Source: Macrostomum lignano
Lineage: Eukaryota
Assembly (NCBI GenBank): GCA_002269645.1
Contig: NIVC01000238.1
Span: 1-64,000, forward strand
Reading direction: 5' to 3'
DNA: 64,000 nt
Positions 44,150 through 57,200 of the stretch are shown here, in pieces. Below the pieces are notes generated by a model. That model was not told where the DNA came from and did not search any database. It saw only the letters and a program-made list of their open reading frames with translations. Positions within the stretch are counted from its first letter, which is position 1, and each line of letters starts with the position of its first letter. Made by a program: the position numbers and the translations under genes.

Positions 44150-47100
44150 GATTCATGAAGGATAAAAGCGATAACAAGTTTTTGTCTGATATGGTTATCA
44201 GTTGGGTTGTCAAAAAACTTTTGCTAAGCAAAAAACACACGAAAATTTAAAATCCTAGCTTTCTAAATCATACAGGATTGCTTATTCTCAACTTAATTCT
44301 TAACTATTGGTTAACCTGTAGTTTATTTGCATATTGTAGACTAAATCTGTGTTATTTAGTGACACAATTTAATTTAAAGTCTAAATTTTGTTACTTTTGT
44401 TATAGTTGGCAGCTATTTAGTGTCTCAATATTTAGGTTTTAAAAGATAAAAAAATGTTTTCTTAAAAGACAGCTATTTTTCTGCAAAACTATGACCTGTG
44501 GCAATTTAAATGCTCCAGTCTCTATGCAAAATTTAAAAGCTATACTCTTCCAGGGAAAATGCAAGTAATGTACAATTATAATAAAAAAGTATAATTTAAA
44601 AAAAAATAGACTAAATTTTAATTAATTTGTCAACACCATGCTTTTATTTTTTATTTTTTAGTTAAATGCATGCAGCAGATTTTCTAAAACTGATGTATCG
44701 TTACACTGAAATTAAACATTGAATAGAATCTTCGCCCTGCTTTTTCTGAGCCAAAAAAGTAAAAATTAAACTTGAAAATTTAATCACATTTTATAGTATA
44801 ACATAATGCAGTATTTAAGTTAAAAAATCATATAACTAATCTTAAGACTGTCCTACTTTTACGATATGCCCAGCTGGAGTCCTGGACAATACATTCAGTC
44901 GGTATAGGCGTTTTTAAAGAGTGGTAGCTTAAACCGATGTAATTTTAATATTACTGTGATTAATTTAATTCTGGACTCTGTATAGATAATAAAATTGGTT
45001 TATTTGTTGTTTTTAGTGAAGGAAACCTTTCGTGACGTCAAACTTCATAATTGGTAGCATATAGACGAAAATAATTATACAATGCATATATTTTCGAAGT
45101 AAATGAAAAAGTTAAAAAGGTCTTAGTTTCAGGAGTAACACAAATGTTATTGCATGAATTTTCGCAGTATTTTTACTGCTCTAATTTTTATCTTTTTGTA
45201 ACTTTTCACGGGTTTTTTAATAGGCTGAATTATCACAAAATTAGTTTTGGTTTGTTATACTGGGATCAAAACAACTAACGAAAAAAGTTATTATCGCGAT
45301 GCATTAATTCATATTGAATTGGATTCTTTCGACATTCTAGTATTTTAATAATTTTATATGTGCACGTACTGTATGTACCATGCATATGTACCTGAATATA
45401 TGATCTACAGGACATTACAACGAAGGACAAATGTATATATTTTATATGTACAAGTAAATGTAGTGGTTTATCGTCTAATCAGTTATAGTGGAGCCAGGGA
45501 CTCAAACAAATAATTTAAGTTGTCCTTGGCATGGTATAGAGCTACATGTAATAATGAAATCATTATTGCAAGCGTGCATTTAACGATATAAAAGAATGGG
45601 CTAGCTGCCAGGTGCCGTATTTTAAGGTACCCAAATATATTTAATTACTCCGCATAGTTACACTTAGGTGTGTATGGACATTTAGTCATTTAGTAGATAC
45701 TTGTGGTATGAGGCAGACTCAAGCACTGAGGAAGACTCAGGCACTGAGGCAGACTCAAGCAATCCCCAGACTGACTGTTCATCTTCATTTATCTATGCTT
45801 GTACCATGAGTATTTTATTCTTTATAATACACGCGATCGCCAAGAGAAACTTCAGATTGCTTGGCCAGACGAACACCACATTGGTGGCAGCGGTGGAAAG
45901 AGAAAAGCTACGCTCGCAACTAGAGGATGTACTATTAAGAAAATACCGTACAGGATGCCTCAGCACAGTTCTACAGCATTGGGCATTTCGATCCAGACGA
46001 AGATCCGCTCAACAATGCAGATAAGTAGAACGACTATGTGCAGGAATTCGAGCTGTTCATGGAAGTGCAAGGAATAGCTGACGAAAAAAAACAAGCAACA
46101 TTATTGCATCTAGCAGGGCCGAAAATCCGAAAGTTGTTACAAACCGTAAGCTATGAACAATTGGCTACGAGGCAACGAAGGAAGCGCTCAGCTCTCTATT
46201 CCAAGGTGCAATCAACAGCGTCCACAAAACTTACAAGCTGCATTCAGTTAGCCAGATAGAGAGAGAACCATTTAATTCCTTCAGTTCTACAGTCTGCATT
46301 ACAGTAAAAAGTGCAGCAAAGTACTGTAACTTGCACGTCGAGTAGAAGCCTGAAGGAAATGAGAGCACAGTAAAGCTCAGCTTCGAGGATCGTCTGCTAC
46401 GCAATCTGATATGTAAAGAACACGTCAAAGCCGCTAAGGGCTCTGCTGCTTAAGGAAGGCTGCTAAGGAAAGACTAGTAAGGTACGACTGGCCGTTGACT
46501 TACGAAATTTAAGCGAGGCAACGAAAAAGCTACAATTTCCTATCCCATCTCTGGATGATCAGCTCAAAAAAATGGGAGAAGCAAGCTGCTTCAGCCACAT
46601 TGATGGCAAGAAAATGTTCCATCAAATTGAACTGGACAGTGAATCTAGACATCTGACAACGTTCTCAACAGGAATCCCTAGACAACCGCTATACAGGTAC
46701 AAACGATTGCCGATGGGTCGGGTCAACTCGTCATTCTATCTTCAAGCCGACATGACAAAAGTTTTGGCTGGTTTACAAGGACTACTACATATTCAGGATG
46801 ATATAATTGTGTATGGGAAGGACGTCAAGGAGCACATCAACAGGCCAAAGCAGGTCTTAGCAAGGCTCGTGGAGAACGGCATGACCTCTGGAAAGTAAAA
46901 ATGCAAATTTGGAATGAGTAAAGCCACTTTATGGGATTTATTCTGACCGAGAAGGGAATAACCATCTCATATAGAACTGAAGCTATTCGAATGTTCAAAC
47001 CACCATGCAATACAAGTGAAGTTGAATCGTTCCTTGGTCTAGCACAATTTTTTGCTCGATTCGTACCAAACCTAGCAACCTTTTCAAAGCCTCTGAATGA

Positions 47101-48305
47101 CCTCACGAACCCGCACAACAAAGATACGTATGGATACGTAAGTGCAACGTTAGTTTTAGGTATCCATGCAACGTATGGGATACGTGTTTTTCGTGGTTGC
47201 AGTTACGTATCTATCTCGTTTCTGAAACGTTCCCAAGATACGTAACAGATACGTCGCATTTGGCGTCAAATGTGCAGGATATATAGCAGAAATTTTTGTG
47301 ATGAAAATTACCAGCTGCATTTGCGTATTTGCAACAATATCAAGACGCTCCGTGGATCGTAAAAAATATAATTTTTAGATCATAAGTATATAGCAGCACC
47401 CAATAGAAAAATAAACATTAATAAGATAGTCTTCAAAGAAATATTTTTTATACTGAATATAATGAGATAAACTTAATTTTTTTTGCTACTTTTGGTGTTA
47501 AAGGGTACCGTTATATTTATTTAATGTTTTTTATTCTTATATACATTAAAGTACTCAAATGCGTACAGGATGCAATAAGTGTCTTTTAAATCAACTAACA
47601 AAAATAAATTTTGAATAAAAAACAAAAGTGTTGCATTGATAAGGGCATTATTGATTAAGTGCATATTTTAAACAAGGAGTGGAAGTAAGGCTTACGAAAT
47701 AAGCAATGACGGGTAGCGGAGCTTAGCAATGACAGGGGACCAGTGACAAATTGAGAGAGTGGTAGACAACGAAAGGTGGGGATTGCTGCTGTCGTGCTGG
47801 CCTCTAGAGCAGTGCCGGCGGGCAGGGTCGGGACAGTTCTCTTTTGGCCAGTACGGTTGCCGGGCAGGACAATCACGAAAGGGGATGAGTCTTCCAGTAC
47901 AGTCCCGGGGCAAGATAAAAGCATGGGAGAAATCCATGGTCGCAATCGGCAGGCGTGAAGTGAGTCAAGAGTTTAAGGCGCGATTTAAAAGATTATATTT
48001 AAAAGAGTCGCAAATTGAGGTCATTGAGGCCACTCTCTCGCTCTCTGATTCGACACTGTTTCCGACACCGACACATGATCCATAATGTGAGAAGCGCATG
48101 ATAAGAGAGAAAAATGACGGTTCGGAGGGGGGGTAGTCGGTAGTTTCGCTCAGGGGAGGCTGTTAATCATGGCCTCCTGGTATGCGGTTACGAAATAGTG
48201 GACAGAATAGTGTAAAGAACAATAGTTGCACAACACAGCAACAGGTTAGGAGTCCAATAGAAGGGGGGTAATAACTGACATGATTGCATAATCGAGAAGG
48301 AACAA

Positions 48306-51300
48306 TCAATAATCGCTACCCTCCTCCCAATCGCTCGCCTCCCGATCGCTTGCCTCCCGATCGCTCGCCTCTCGATCGCTCGCCTCTCGATCGCTCGCCT
48401 CATGATCGCTCGCCTCATGATCGCTCGCCTCCCGATCGCTCGCCTCATGATCGCTCGCCTCTCGATCGCTCGCCTCCCGATCGCTCGCCACCCGATCGCT
48501 TGTCTCCTGATCACTTGCCTCACGACCGCTTGCCTCTTCCTGAACCTCCCCAGCAGCCCGCCTTTTCATTCTCTTGAGGACTTCACCAATGCAGCTACGC
48601 GGTTTATTGTTACCCAACTGTCGGCGGTAAACTTTAGATCCAACAAGAATATCTGAAAAGTTTTTTACATAAAGCCCAAATGTGAATCCTTAGTCCAGAA
48701 AGCTGCATTCAAATAGATTATTTCAAACTGGAATACTTACGAACAATGCTCTCGGCGACTGCAGGTGGCAATCTTTGCTTGCCCTTTCGGCCTTCCATAC
48801 TGAAGTGCTGAAGCACTGTCGGGGTGGCCGTACAGAGCAGCATCGTTGTAATTGCGTCGGTCAGCTTCGGGTGGGTCTCCGTCCGCAGAGCTAACTGCTG
48901 GAGCTGTTATAAGTACGAATCAATAAATTAAGTACAAGTTTCACAGATTTGAGGCCAGCATTTTAAAACTTACGAAGGCTGCCTTCACAGTAGGAACCTC
49001 ATCCACCTGCTTGACAAATTGCTTCAGTGCATCGAGAGAGCGCACTGGAAGATCTTGGAGGCTTGTCGGTGGCGCAACGCTTCTGCCTGAGCTTTTAATC
49101 GCCTCTTCCAAAGCGAGCTGACGCTCAATAATCATTTTCATCCACTCTGCAGTTTGTGTACATCAACGTATGTAAACACAAGGAGATTTTTTAAGCCATG
49201 AGTGAACTTCTTATAGCAGACTTACTTTCTAAATTCTTGCAGTGACAAGAAAAAGCAGGTGGAACTGGTTCGTGCTCGGCAGCGTCAGTTTCGCAGCCCC
49301 CGCTCGCGCCAGCCGAGTGCCGCACAGGTGTCTGATGCCGCCCCGATTTATCAGTGCAGTCCCGGCTTGTGCCAGACGAGTGCCGCACAGGTGTCTGATG
49401 CCGCCCCGATTTATCAGTGCAGTCCCGGCTTGTGCCAGACGAGTGCCGCACAGGTGTCTGATGCCGCCCCGATTTATCAGTGCAGTCCCGGCTTGTGCCA
49501 GACGAGTGCCGCACAGGTGTCTGATGCCGCCCCGATTTATCAGTGCAGTCCCGGCTTGTGCCAGACGAGTGCCGCACAGGTGTCTGATGCCGCCCCGATT
49601 TATCAGTGCAGTCCCGGCTTGTGCCAGACGAGTGCCGCACAGGTGTCTGATGCCGCCCCGATTTATCAGTGCAGTCCCGGCTTGTGCCAGACGAGTGCCG
49701 CACAGGTGTCTGATGCCGCCCCGATTTATCAGTGCAGTCCCGGCTTGTGCCAGACGAGTGCCGCACAGGTGTCTGATGCCGCCCCGATTTATCAGTGCAG
49801 TCCCGGCTTGTGCCAGACGATTGCCGCACAGGTGTCTGATGCCGCCCCGATTTATCAGTGCAGTCCCGGCTTGTGCCAGACGAGTGCCGCACAGGTGTCT
49901 GATGCCGCCCCGATTTATCAGTGCAGTCCCGGCTTGTGCCAGACGAGTGCCGCACAGGTGTCTGATGCCGCCCCGATTTATCAGTGCAGTCCCGGCTTGT
50001 GCCAGACGAGTGCCGCACAGGTGTCTGATGCCGCCCCGATTTATCAGTGCAGTCCCGGCTTGTGCCAGACGAGTGCCGCACAGGTGTCTGATGCCGCCCC
50101 GATTTATCAGTGCAGTCCCGGCTTGTGCCAGACGATTGCCGCACAGGTGTCTGATGCCGCCCCGATTTATCAGTGCAGTCCCGGCTTGTGCCAGACGAGT
50201 GCCGCACAGGTGTCTGATGCCGCCCCGATTTATCAGTGCAGTCCCGGCTTGTGCCAGACGAGTGCCGCACAGGTGTCTGATGCCGCCCCGATTTATCAGT
50301 GCAGTCCCGGCTTGTGCCAGACGAGTGCCGCACAGGTGTCTGATGCCGCCCCGATTTATCAGTGCAGTCCCGGCTTGTGCCAGACGAGTGCCGCACAGGT
50401 GTCTGATGCCGCCCCGATTTATCAGTGCAGTCCCGGCTTGTGCCAGACGAGTGCCGCACAGGTGTCTGATGCCGCCCCGATTTATCAGTGCAGTCCCGGC
50501 TTGTGCCAGACGAGTGCCGCACAGGTGTCTGATGCCGCCCCGATTTATCAGTGCAGTCCCGGCTTGTGCCAGACGAGTGCCGCACAGGTGTCTGATGCCG
50601 CCCCGATTTATCAGTGCAGTCCCGGCTTGTGCCAGACGAGTGCCGCACAGGTGTCTGATGCCGCCCCGATTTATCAGTGCAGTCCCGGCTTGTGCCAGAC
50701 GAGTGCCGCACAGGTGTCTGATGCCGCCCCGATTTATCAGTGCAGTCCCGGCTTGTGCCAGACGATTGCCGCACAGGTGTCTGATGCCGCCCCGATTTAT
50801 CAGTGCAGTCCCGGCTTGTGCCAGACGAGTGCCGCACAGGTGTCTGATGCCGCCCCGATTTATCAGTGCAGTCCCGGCTTGTGCCAGACGAGTGCCGCAC
50901 AGGTGTCTGATGCCGCCCCGATTTATCAGTGCAGTCCCGGCTTGTGCCAGACGATTGCCGCACAGGTGTCTGATGCCGCCCCGATTTATCAGTGCAGTCC
51001 CGGCTTGTGCCAGACGAGTGCCGCACAGGTGTCTGATGCCGCCCCGATTTATCAGTGCAGTCCCGGCTTGTGCCAGACGATTGCCGCACAGGTGTCTGAT
51101 GCCGCCCCGATTTATCAGTGCAGTCCCGGCTTGTGCCAGACGATTGCCGCACAGGTGTCTGATGCCGCCCCGATTTATCAGTGCAGTCCCGGCTTGTGCC
51201 AGACGAGTGCCGCACAGGTGTCTGATGCCGCCCCGATTTATCAGTGCAGTCCCGGCTTGTGCCAGACGAGTGCCGCACAGGTGTCTGATGCCGCCCCGAT

Positions 51301-52817
51301 TTATCAGTGCAGTCCCGGCTTGTGCCAGACGAGTGCCGCACAGGTGTCTGATGCCGCCCCGATTTATCAGTGCAGTCCCGGCTTGTGCCAGACGAGTGCC
51401 GCACAGGTGTCTGATGCCGCCCCGATTTATCAGTGCAGTCCCGGCTTGTGCCAGACGAGTGCCGCACAGGTGTCTGATGCCGCCCCGATTTATCAGTGCA
51501 GTCCCGGCTTGTGCCAGACGAGTGCCGCACAGGTGTCTGATGCCGCCCCGATTTATCAGTGCAGTCCCGGCTTGTGCCAGACGATTGCCGCACAGGTGTC
51601 TGATGCCGCCCCGATTTATCAGTGCAGTCCCGGCTTGTGCCAGACGAGTGCCGCACAGGTGTCTGATGCCGCCCCGATTTATCAGTGCAGTCCCGGCTTG
51701 TGCCAGACGAGTGCCGCACAGGTGTCTGATGCCGCCCCGATTTATCAGTGCAGTCCCGGCTTGTGCCAGACGAGTGCCGCACAGGTGTCTGATGCCGCCC
51801 CGATTTATCAGTGCAGTCCCGGCTTGTGCCAGACGAGTGCCGCACAGGTGTCTGATGCCGCCCCGATTTATCAGTGCAGTCCCGGCTTGTGCCAGACGAG
51901 TGCCGCACAGGTGTCTGATGCCGCCCCGATTTATCAGTGCAGTCCCGGCTTGTGCCAGACGAGTGCCGCACAGGTGTCTGATGCCGCCCCGATTTATCAG
52001 TGCAGTCCCGGCTTGTGCCAGACGAGTGCCGCACAGGTGTCTGATGCCGCCCCGATTTATCAGTGCAGTCCCGGCTTGTGCCAGACGAGTGCCGCACAGG
52101 TGTCTGATGCCGCCCCGATTTATCAGTGCAGTCCCGGCTTGTGCCAGACGAGTGCCGCACAGGTGTCTGATGCCGCCCCGATTTATCAGTGCAGTCCCGG
52201 CTCGTGCCAGACGATTGCCGCACAGGTGTCTGATGCCGCCCCGATTTATCAGTGCAGTCCCGGCTTGTGCCAGACGAGTGCCGCACAGGTGTCTGATGCC
52301 GCCCCGATTTATCAGTGCAGTCCCGGCTTGTGCCAGACGAGTGCCGCACAGGTGTCTGATGCCGCCCCGATTTATCAGTGCAGTCCCGGCTTGTGCCAGA
52401 CGAGTGCCGCACAGGCGTATGTTGCCGCCTTAATTCATCGGTGCAGTCCCCGCTGAAGCCAGCTACTGAAGGCGTAGCTACTGAAGGCGTAGCTACTGAA
52501 GGCGTAGCTACTGAAGGCGTAGCTACTGAAGGCGTCTGCCTTGGTTCATCCGCGTTGTTTTCGTACAAGCCAGACGAGTACAGCCCAGACGTCTGCTTGC
52601 AAGGGGCATAGCAACCTTTACTAGGGGGTGTTGGAAACTTAGCAGATTCTTTCTGCTTTGGTTTTTTCTTTTTCGGCTCGGCATCCAGACGCAAGTAGTC
52701 AACAGGTACGCGTCTTCTTTTGCTGTTGACATCTGTATCGGAGTAAGTTCCTTTAGATTTCGATTTCTTCATCCGATACAGCAAATATTCTAGATCATCT
52801 GAAACGTATAGCAGCAA
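48306..52817 (-). CDS. Multi-exon DUF4806-like transposon accessory protein with a ~50x21-aa repeat (approximate exons 52817-~49230, ~49150-48975, ~48903-48745, ~48652-48306)
   Basis: LPVRSLDALKQFVKQVDE and QHFSMEGRKGKQRL resemble DUF4806; GTAAGT donors; C-terminal EASDR repeats. The first intron boundary is uncertain. Confidence 0.6.
48325..48530. repeat. 15-bp tandem repeat (CGATCGCTCGCCTCC; codes EASDR)
   Basis: Direct reading. Confidence 0.9.
49312..52440. repeat. 63-bp tandem repeat, ~49-50 near-identical copies
   Basis: Unit GTGCCGCACAGGTGTCTGATGCCGCCCCGATTTATCAGTGCAGTCCCGGCTTGTGCCAGACGA; codes RHSSGTSRDCTDKSGRHQTPV on the minus strand. Confidence 0.97.
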
Positions 52818-53278
52818 AAATTTCGTTTCTTAACCGATTTTGCGAATTATATAAATACTTTCAAAAACTTGGACGTAAAAAAACAATAAAAATTTTACAC
52901 TTACCACTGACGCGCTGAACTGACAGAATTGTATGCGTTGTCCAATCGCTCTGGGGTGGCTCGGCCTTTCTTAACAGCCTAACGAATGCCGTTGGGTTCA
53001 TCGCGGAGACTTTTGGGGGGAGTTTGACCTCACTTTCGGTCATCCAGCTGGTCGAAACAATCATATCCCCATCTTCGAACTCACCAAACGACACACTCTG
53101 AAATCGACGCGACATCGCATTCATTAACAGCAAACTTGAAAGCGCAGTAAGCACAGCTCTGAGCTTAGAGCAGATCCGAAAAAAATCTGCGATTGATGAT
53201 GAAATTGTCGAGGCACTGGAATCAATAGTATCAGGAGGAACATGGAAAAAGCACAACAAACTATTTGCAGAAAGAAAT

Positions 53279-56200
53279 TGTTGTGCTTTTGGCTTTAGCC
53301 TTTAGCAATTGTCAGTCTAGCGGTCTGTTGACCTCTGACGCGTCTATTCTTTTATTTCATAACTCAAAGCATGGTTCAATCATCAACGCAGTCGCGTAAC
53401 AAAAATGTCTATGGCAAAGCCATCAACCCACAACACCCTCCCTCTTCTATAGGTAGGTTTACAATTATCACTCAGGTGCGATAAAAAATTCTAGTTTTCT
53501 TGGCCAAGCGTTCGCTTCGCCTGGGTGACGGCTTGGATTGAACTCCGGCCTCAGTCTGTTGCTGTTGTGTTCTCTCAGCTTGTTCTGTTCCCGGTAGTAT
53601 CTCAGTGTCTGTCGATGACGGACGCGTCTGTTGGCCGTCGTCACTTGGACCGTTGCCACCGGGCTTGGAATCCCCCATTTCCGTAGTTCCGTGAGCCACA
53701 ATACCTCACCGATTCGTAGTTGATCGAGGTGGGTCTTTAGATTTCGTCCAGTCTCTGTGGTGACGACTGCTCTGTTGCTGCCAAGCATTTTGGCGAATCT
53801 CACAGTTCGTGGCTCATGAAACCTCGATGCACGGTAGATGAGTGATTCTCCTGGGATCCACTTGGACTGAGTGCTGCTCTCCGAGAGGGGGAGTCTTATT
53901 TTTCTGCCTTTCAACAGCTCGGACGGTGATGCTTGCTGCTTCCCTTTGGCAGCTCTGTGGAACAGTAGAAATCTGTCAATACTTCTTTGGGATAAACCAT
54001 TGGTCTTGATTGTCTCTTTGACGGTTCGCACCATTCGCTCTGCAATGCCGTTGCTCTGTGGATGGTAGGCGGGCGTTGTGATGTGCGAACAGCCAATCTG
54101 GGTGAGCCAGCTGGTCACCGCTTCGCTCACAAAACTAGGGCCGTTGTCTGACACGAGACACTTGGGCACCCCCTGTTGTGAGAACAATCTTCTGGAAAAT
54201 GACTGGAACGTCTGGAAATGACTGTGTCGGCCTTCATGTCGCTCGTGATGAAGACTTCCGGGTCGCATGCGAGTGCGCATCCACAATGATGAGTAGGTAC
54301 TTGTCCTCTATCGGACCGGCAAAATCAATGTGCACTCGCTCCCAGGGGTTGTCAGGTTCTGGATTGCCTTCACTTTGGCTGGGTCCGGCTTGAGCTGATC
54401 TCCTTCCAATAAGTAGCCTAGATACTTGATCGAAGTCTTGCGGAATTCACTTTTCGCCGTGTTGATCTTCAATCCTTGCTGGTTTAGTCGATGCAATACT
54501 TCCGTCTCACGAACTGCCAATTGTTCTACGCCTTTGCCGCATATCAACATGTTGTCTACGTAGGCAATGACGCCAGGAATTCCTTGTAGGACTTGGCTAA
54601 TGTACCGCTGGAAGATCGCAGGTGCTGTTTTCACTCCGAACGGAAGCTTGTTGAAAGCGAACATCCCAAATGGTGTTGACATTACTGTCAGCTCTTTCGA
54701 AGCTTTATCTAATGAGATCTGGTGATAAGCTTTCTCTAGGTCCAGACGAGTGTATATCCGGCTGCCAGCAGCAGTTGCAATCACTTCGTCAGGTGCACGG
54801 GTCAGGTCAGGGGCATCGGATATGAATCGTTGATAAGATGAGAATTGATTGTCACCTTGTAGTCGGCGCAAAGTCTGAGCTTTCCAGAAAATTTCTTGAC
54901 CACGACAATTGGTGAGGCCCATTCACTGAACTTGACGGGCTTGATGGTGTCTTCTTCAAGCAACCGATCGATTTCATCCTTGACTCCCTGTCTGAGTGCG
55001 AAGGGTAGCGGCCTGGGTTTGCAATGAATTGGAGTGGTTCCTTCCTTGATCTTAAGAGTTACTGGTGGAAATTCGCATGACTGGGTTGCCGATGTGCAGC
55101 TGTTGTCTACAGCGTTTAGCGTGAAATTGAGCTTGTCTCGGCCAACCAGAACAAAGTTCCTCTGCGATTCCACAATGAAGAATGTGATTGGAATGAACTC
55201 GTCATTGTACTCCAACTCAGTGTCTTGTGTTCCAAAGACCTTCATCTGCGTATCAGCGTATGTTGTCAGAACAGTGTCTGTAGGTGTCAGCTTTGGACAA
55301 CCCAATCGTTTCCAGATCGTTTTTTGACATTACCGAAACTCCTGCTCCAGTATCGATTTGTGCGTTCACGCTAAGCATCGACCCGCTCGTGTGTCTGAGC
55401 CTAACAGGCACGGTGTAGCTATCAACAAGATGTCGAATGTGAAAACAATCCTCCTGTTCAGCTTCGCTTGCATCTACAAAGCTTGTGGTCCTTGGCCACA
55501 CTGCAACTCGCCTAAATTGACCAGATGCTGACGGGCTTTTGAAAGATTTTCGGCATTTGCCAAAACCAGTTGATTTCGTTTTGCAAACTGTTGCGAAGTG
55601 GTTTTGCATGCCACATTTGTTGCACGTTTTTCCTTTCGCAGGACACCCTCCATTGGAGCCATGCATTGTGCCACATCTGCCACACTTGGAGCTTGTAGAG
55701 TGGGAGCCTCTGGCCACCGATGCTGAAATTTTCATTACTTCAGAAGACTGCGGCTGACTGGTGCAACCCTTTAGTATTTGCGTTTGTGATAGGTTCTGGT
55801 GCGCCTCAGCGATGTTGATAGCTGTCTCAAACGTGAGAGTGCTGAAGTCCTGTTCCAATAATTTGCTGATGGCCACCTTGTCATTCGAACCGAATACAAG
55901 CTGATCTCTCAGTCTCATATCTCTGGATAGGCCAAACTGACACTTGTCTGCCTGCATGCAGAGTTGCTGTGCATACTCACGAATGCTCATTGATGCCGTG
56001 CGAGTGATATGCTGGAAATTGAATCTCTCAGCCATGACGAACGTCTTTGGTTCCAGGATGCTGGCCAGTAGTTTGGTCAGTTCATCGAAGCTCTTTTCTC
56101 TCGGCTTCTTGGGAGCGGCTCGATCTGCCAATGCGTCGTACAGCTTGGTGCTGAGCTTCATCAGCAGCAGCTTGTTTTTCGTGTCGTCCTGCCAGCCGTT

Positions 56201-56624
56201 GATTTCGCTGCACAGTGTGAATCGGTCCAACCACCTCTGGAAGTTCGAACTTTCATCGAGTTTTTCGATGTCAAATTGCTGTCCTCTCGATACTTGTGCG
56301 CTTGGGTTCTGCGCTGTCGCTGTTGCCGACTTTGTCGCTTGGACTGATTTCGACGAGATCGCAAGCGGTGGTGCTTTGTCGCTCGAAACCGTTTTACCAA
56401 CTCCTTTAGTTGGCGATGCTGGCGTACTTCCAGGCATTTTCGTAGCCTATGCTTGCCGACGCCACTGTTGTGCTTTTGATGGCTTTGCCATAGACATTTT
56501 TGTTACGCGACTGCGTTGATGATTGAACCATGCTATTGAGTTATGAAATAAAAGAATAGAAGCGTCAGAGGTCAACAGACCGCTAGACTGACAATTGCTA
56601 AAGGCTAAAGCCAAAAGCACAACA
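53279..56624 (-). mobile_element. Younger Ty3/Gypsy deletion derivative (inner) with inverted LTRs and GAAAT target-site duplication
   Basis: TSD GAAAT at 53274-53278 and 56625-56629; LTRs 53279-53435 and 56466-56624 are reverse complements; PPT 53436-53449; PBS-like TGGCGTCGGCAAGC at 56451-56464; gag/protease/RT/integrase motifs. Confidence 0.92.
53468..56437 (-). pseudogene. gag-pol of the inner Gypsy: gag with zinc knuckles, aspartic protease, RT (YVDN), integrase core; RNase H and integrase zinc finger deleted
   Basis: FVMAERFNF, CGRCG..H, CNKCGMQNHFATVC, IDTGAGVSVM, WASPIVVVKK, LDLEKAYHQ, LPFGVKTAPAIFQR, YVDN; KVKAIQ fused to PEPDNPWERVHIDFAGP at ~54365; LVSDNG, YHPQSNGIAERMV. Confidence 0.92.
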
Positions 56625-56629
56625 GAAAT

Positions 56630-57200
56630 AAACTGTCGGAGCAGAATCGAATTCTCCTGTACGAAGACCGCATTGTCCTGCCGAAGAGTCTGCGACAAAA
56701 AGCTCTGTTAATTGCCCATGAAGGACATCAAGGCATTTCCAAAGCCAAAGAACGACTGCGAAGTACCGTATTTTGGCCCGCTATAAGCAAAGACGTGGAG
56801 ATCTTTTGCAAGAAATGCAATATGTGCGTCCACACAACGAAAAAAGGAAGTCGGATCCCAATTGTGCCAACGGAATTTCCGGATAAGCCGTGGGACAAAG
56901 TGGCAATGGAATTTAAAGGACGACTTCCGAATGGTAGCAACCTGCTAGTTTTCATCGATTACCACTCGAGATTTCCTCTAGTGTTCATCATGAAGCGCAC
57001 AGAAGCGAGCGACGTAGTGCGAATTCTAAAGAAAGTGATTTCACTATTTGGACCAATGAAAGAAATCGTCTCAGACAACGGAACAAATATCTGTTGACGA
57101 ATACCTTAACAGACAAGGCGTAATTTACTCACGGATTATTCCGCGTCACCCAGCAGCAAATGGGGAGGTGGAAAGGTTCAATGAGACATTGAACAAAGTA
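56630..57200 (+). pseudogene. Integrase of the outer Gypsy (HHCC zinc finger + core), decayed
   Basis: RIVLPKSLRQKALLIAHEGHQGISKAKERLRSTVFWP...CKKCNMC...PWDKVAMEF...IDYHSRFP...VSDNG. Confidence 0.9.

Larger units (their letters stand above)
47110..52880 (-). mobile_element. Probable CACTA/EnSpm-type DNA transposon fragment inserted in the outer Gypsy pol
   Basis: The RT frame stops abruptly at CCCGCACAACAAAGATACG (47110), an animal EnSpm-like terminus, and the insert carries a DUF4806-like gene. No matching right terminus was found. Confidence 0.5.

Noticed and set aside
44219-44233. RFX X-box-like palindrome TTTGCTAAGCAAA upstream of CFAP251
   Set aside because: Both outer consensus bases mismatch; plausible for a ciliary gene but too weak to call.
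49312-52440. CRISPR-like regular repeat array
   Set aside because: Units are contiguous and identical with no unique spacers, there are no cas genes, and the context is eukaryotic.
49242-52456. Plus-strand ORFs of 1063 and 1065 aa
   Set aside because: Antisense shadows of the 63-bp array; only the minus frame connects to unique coding sequence.
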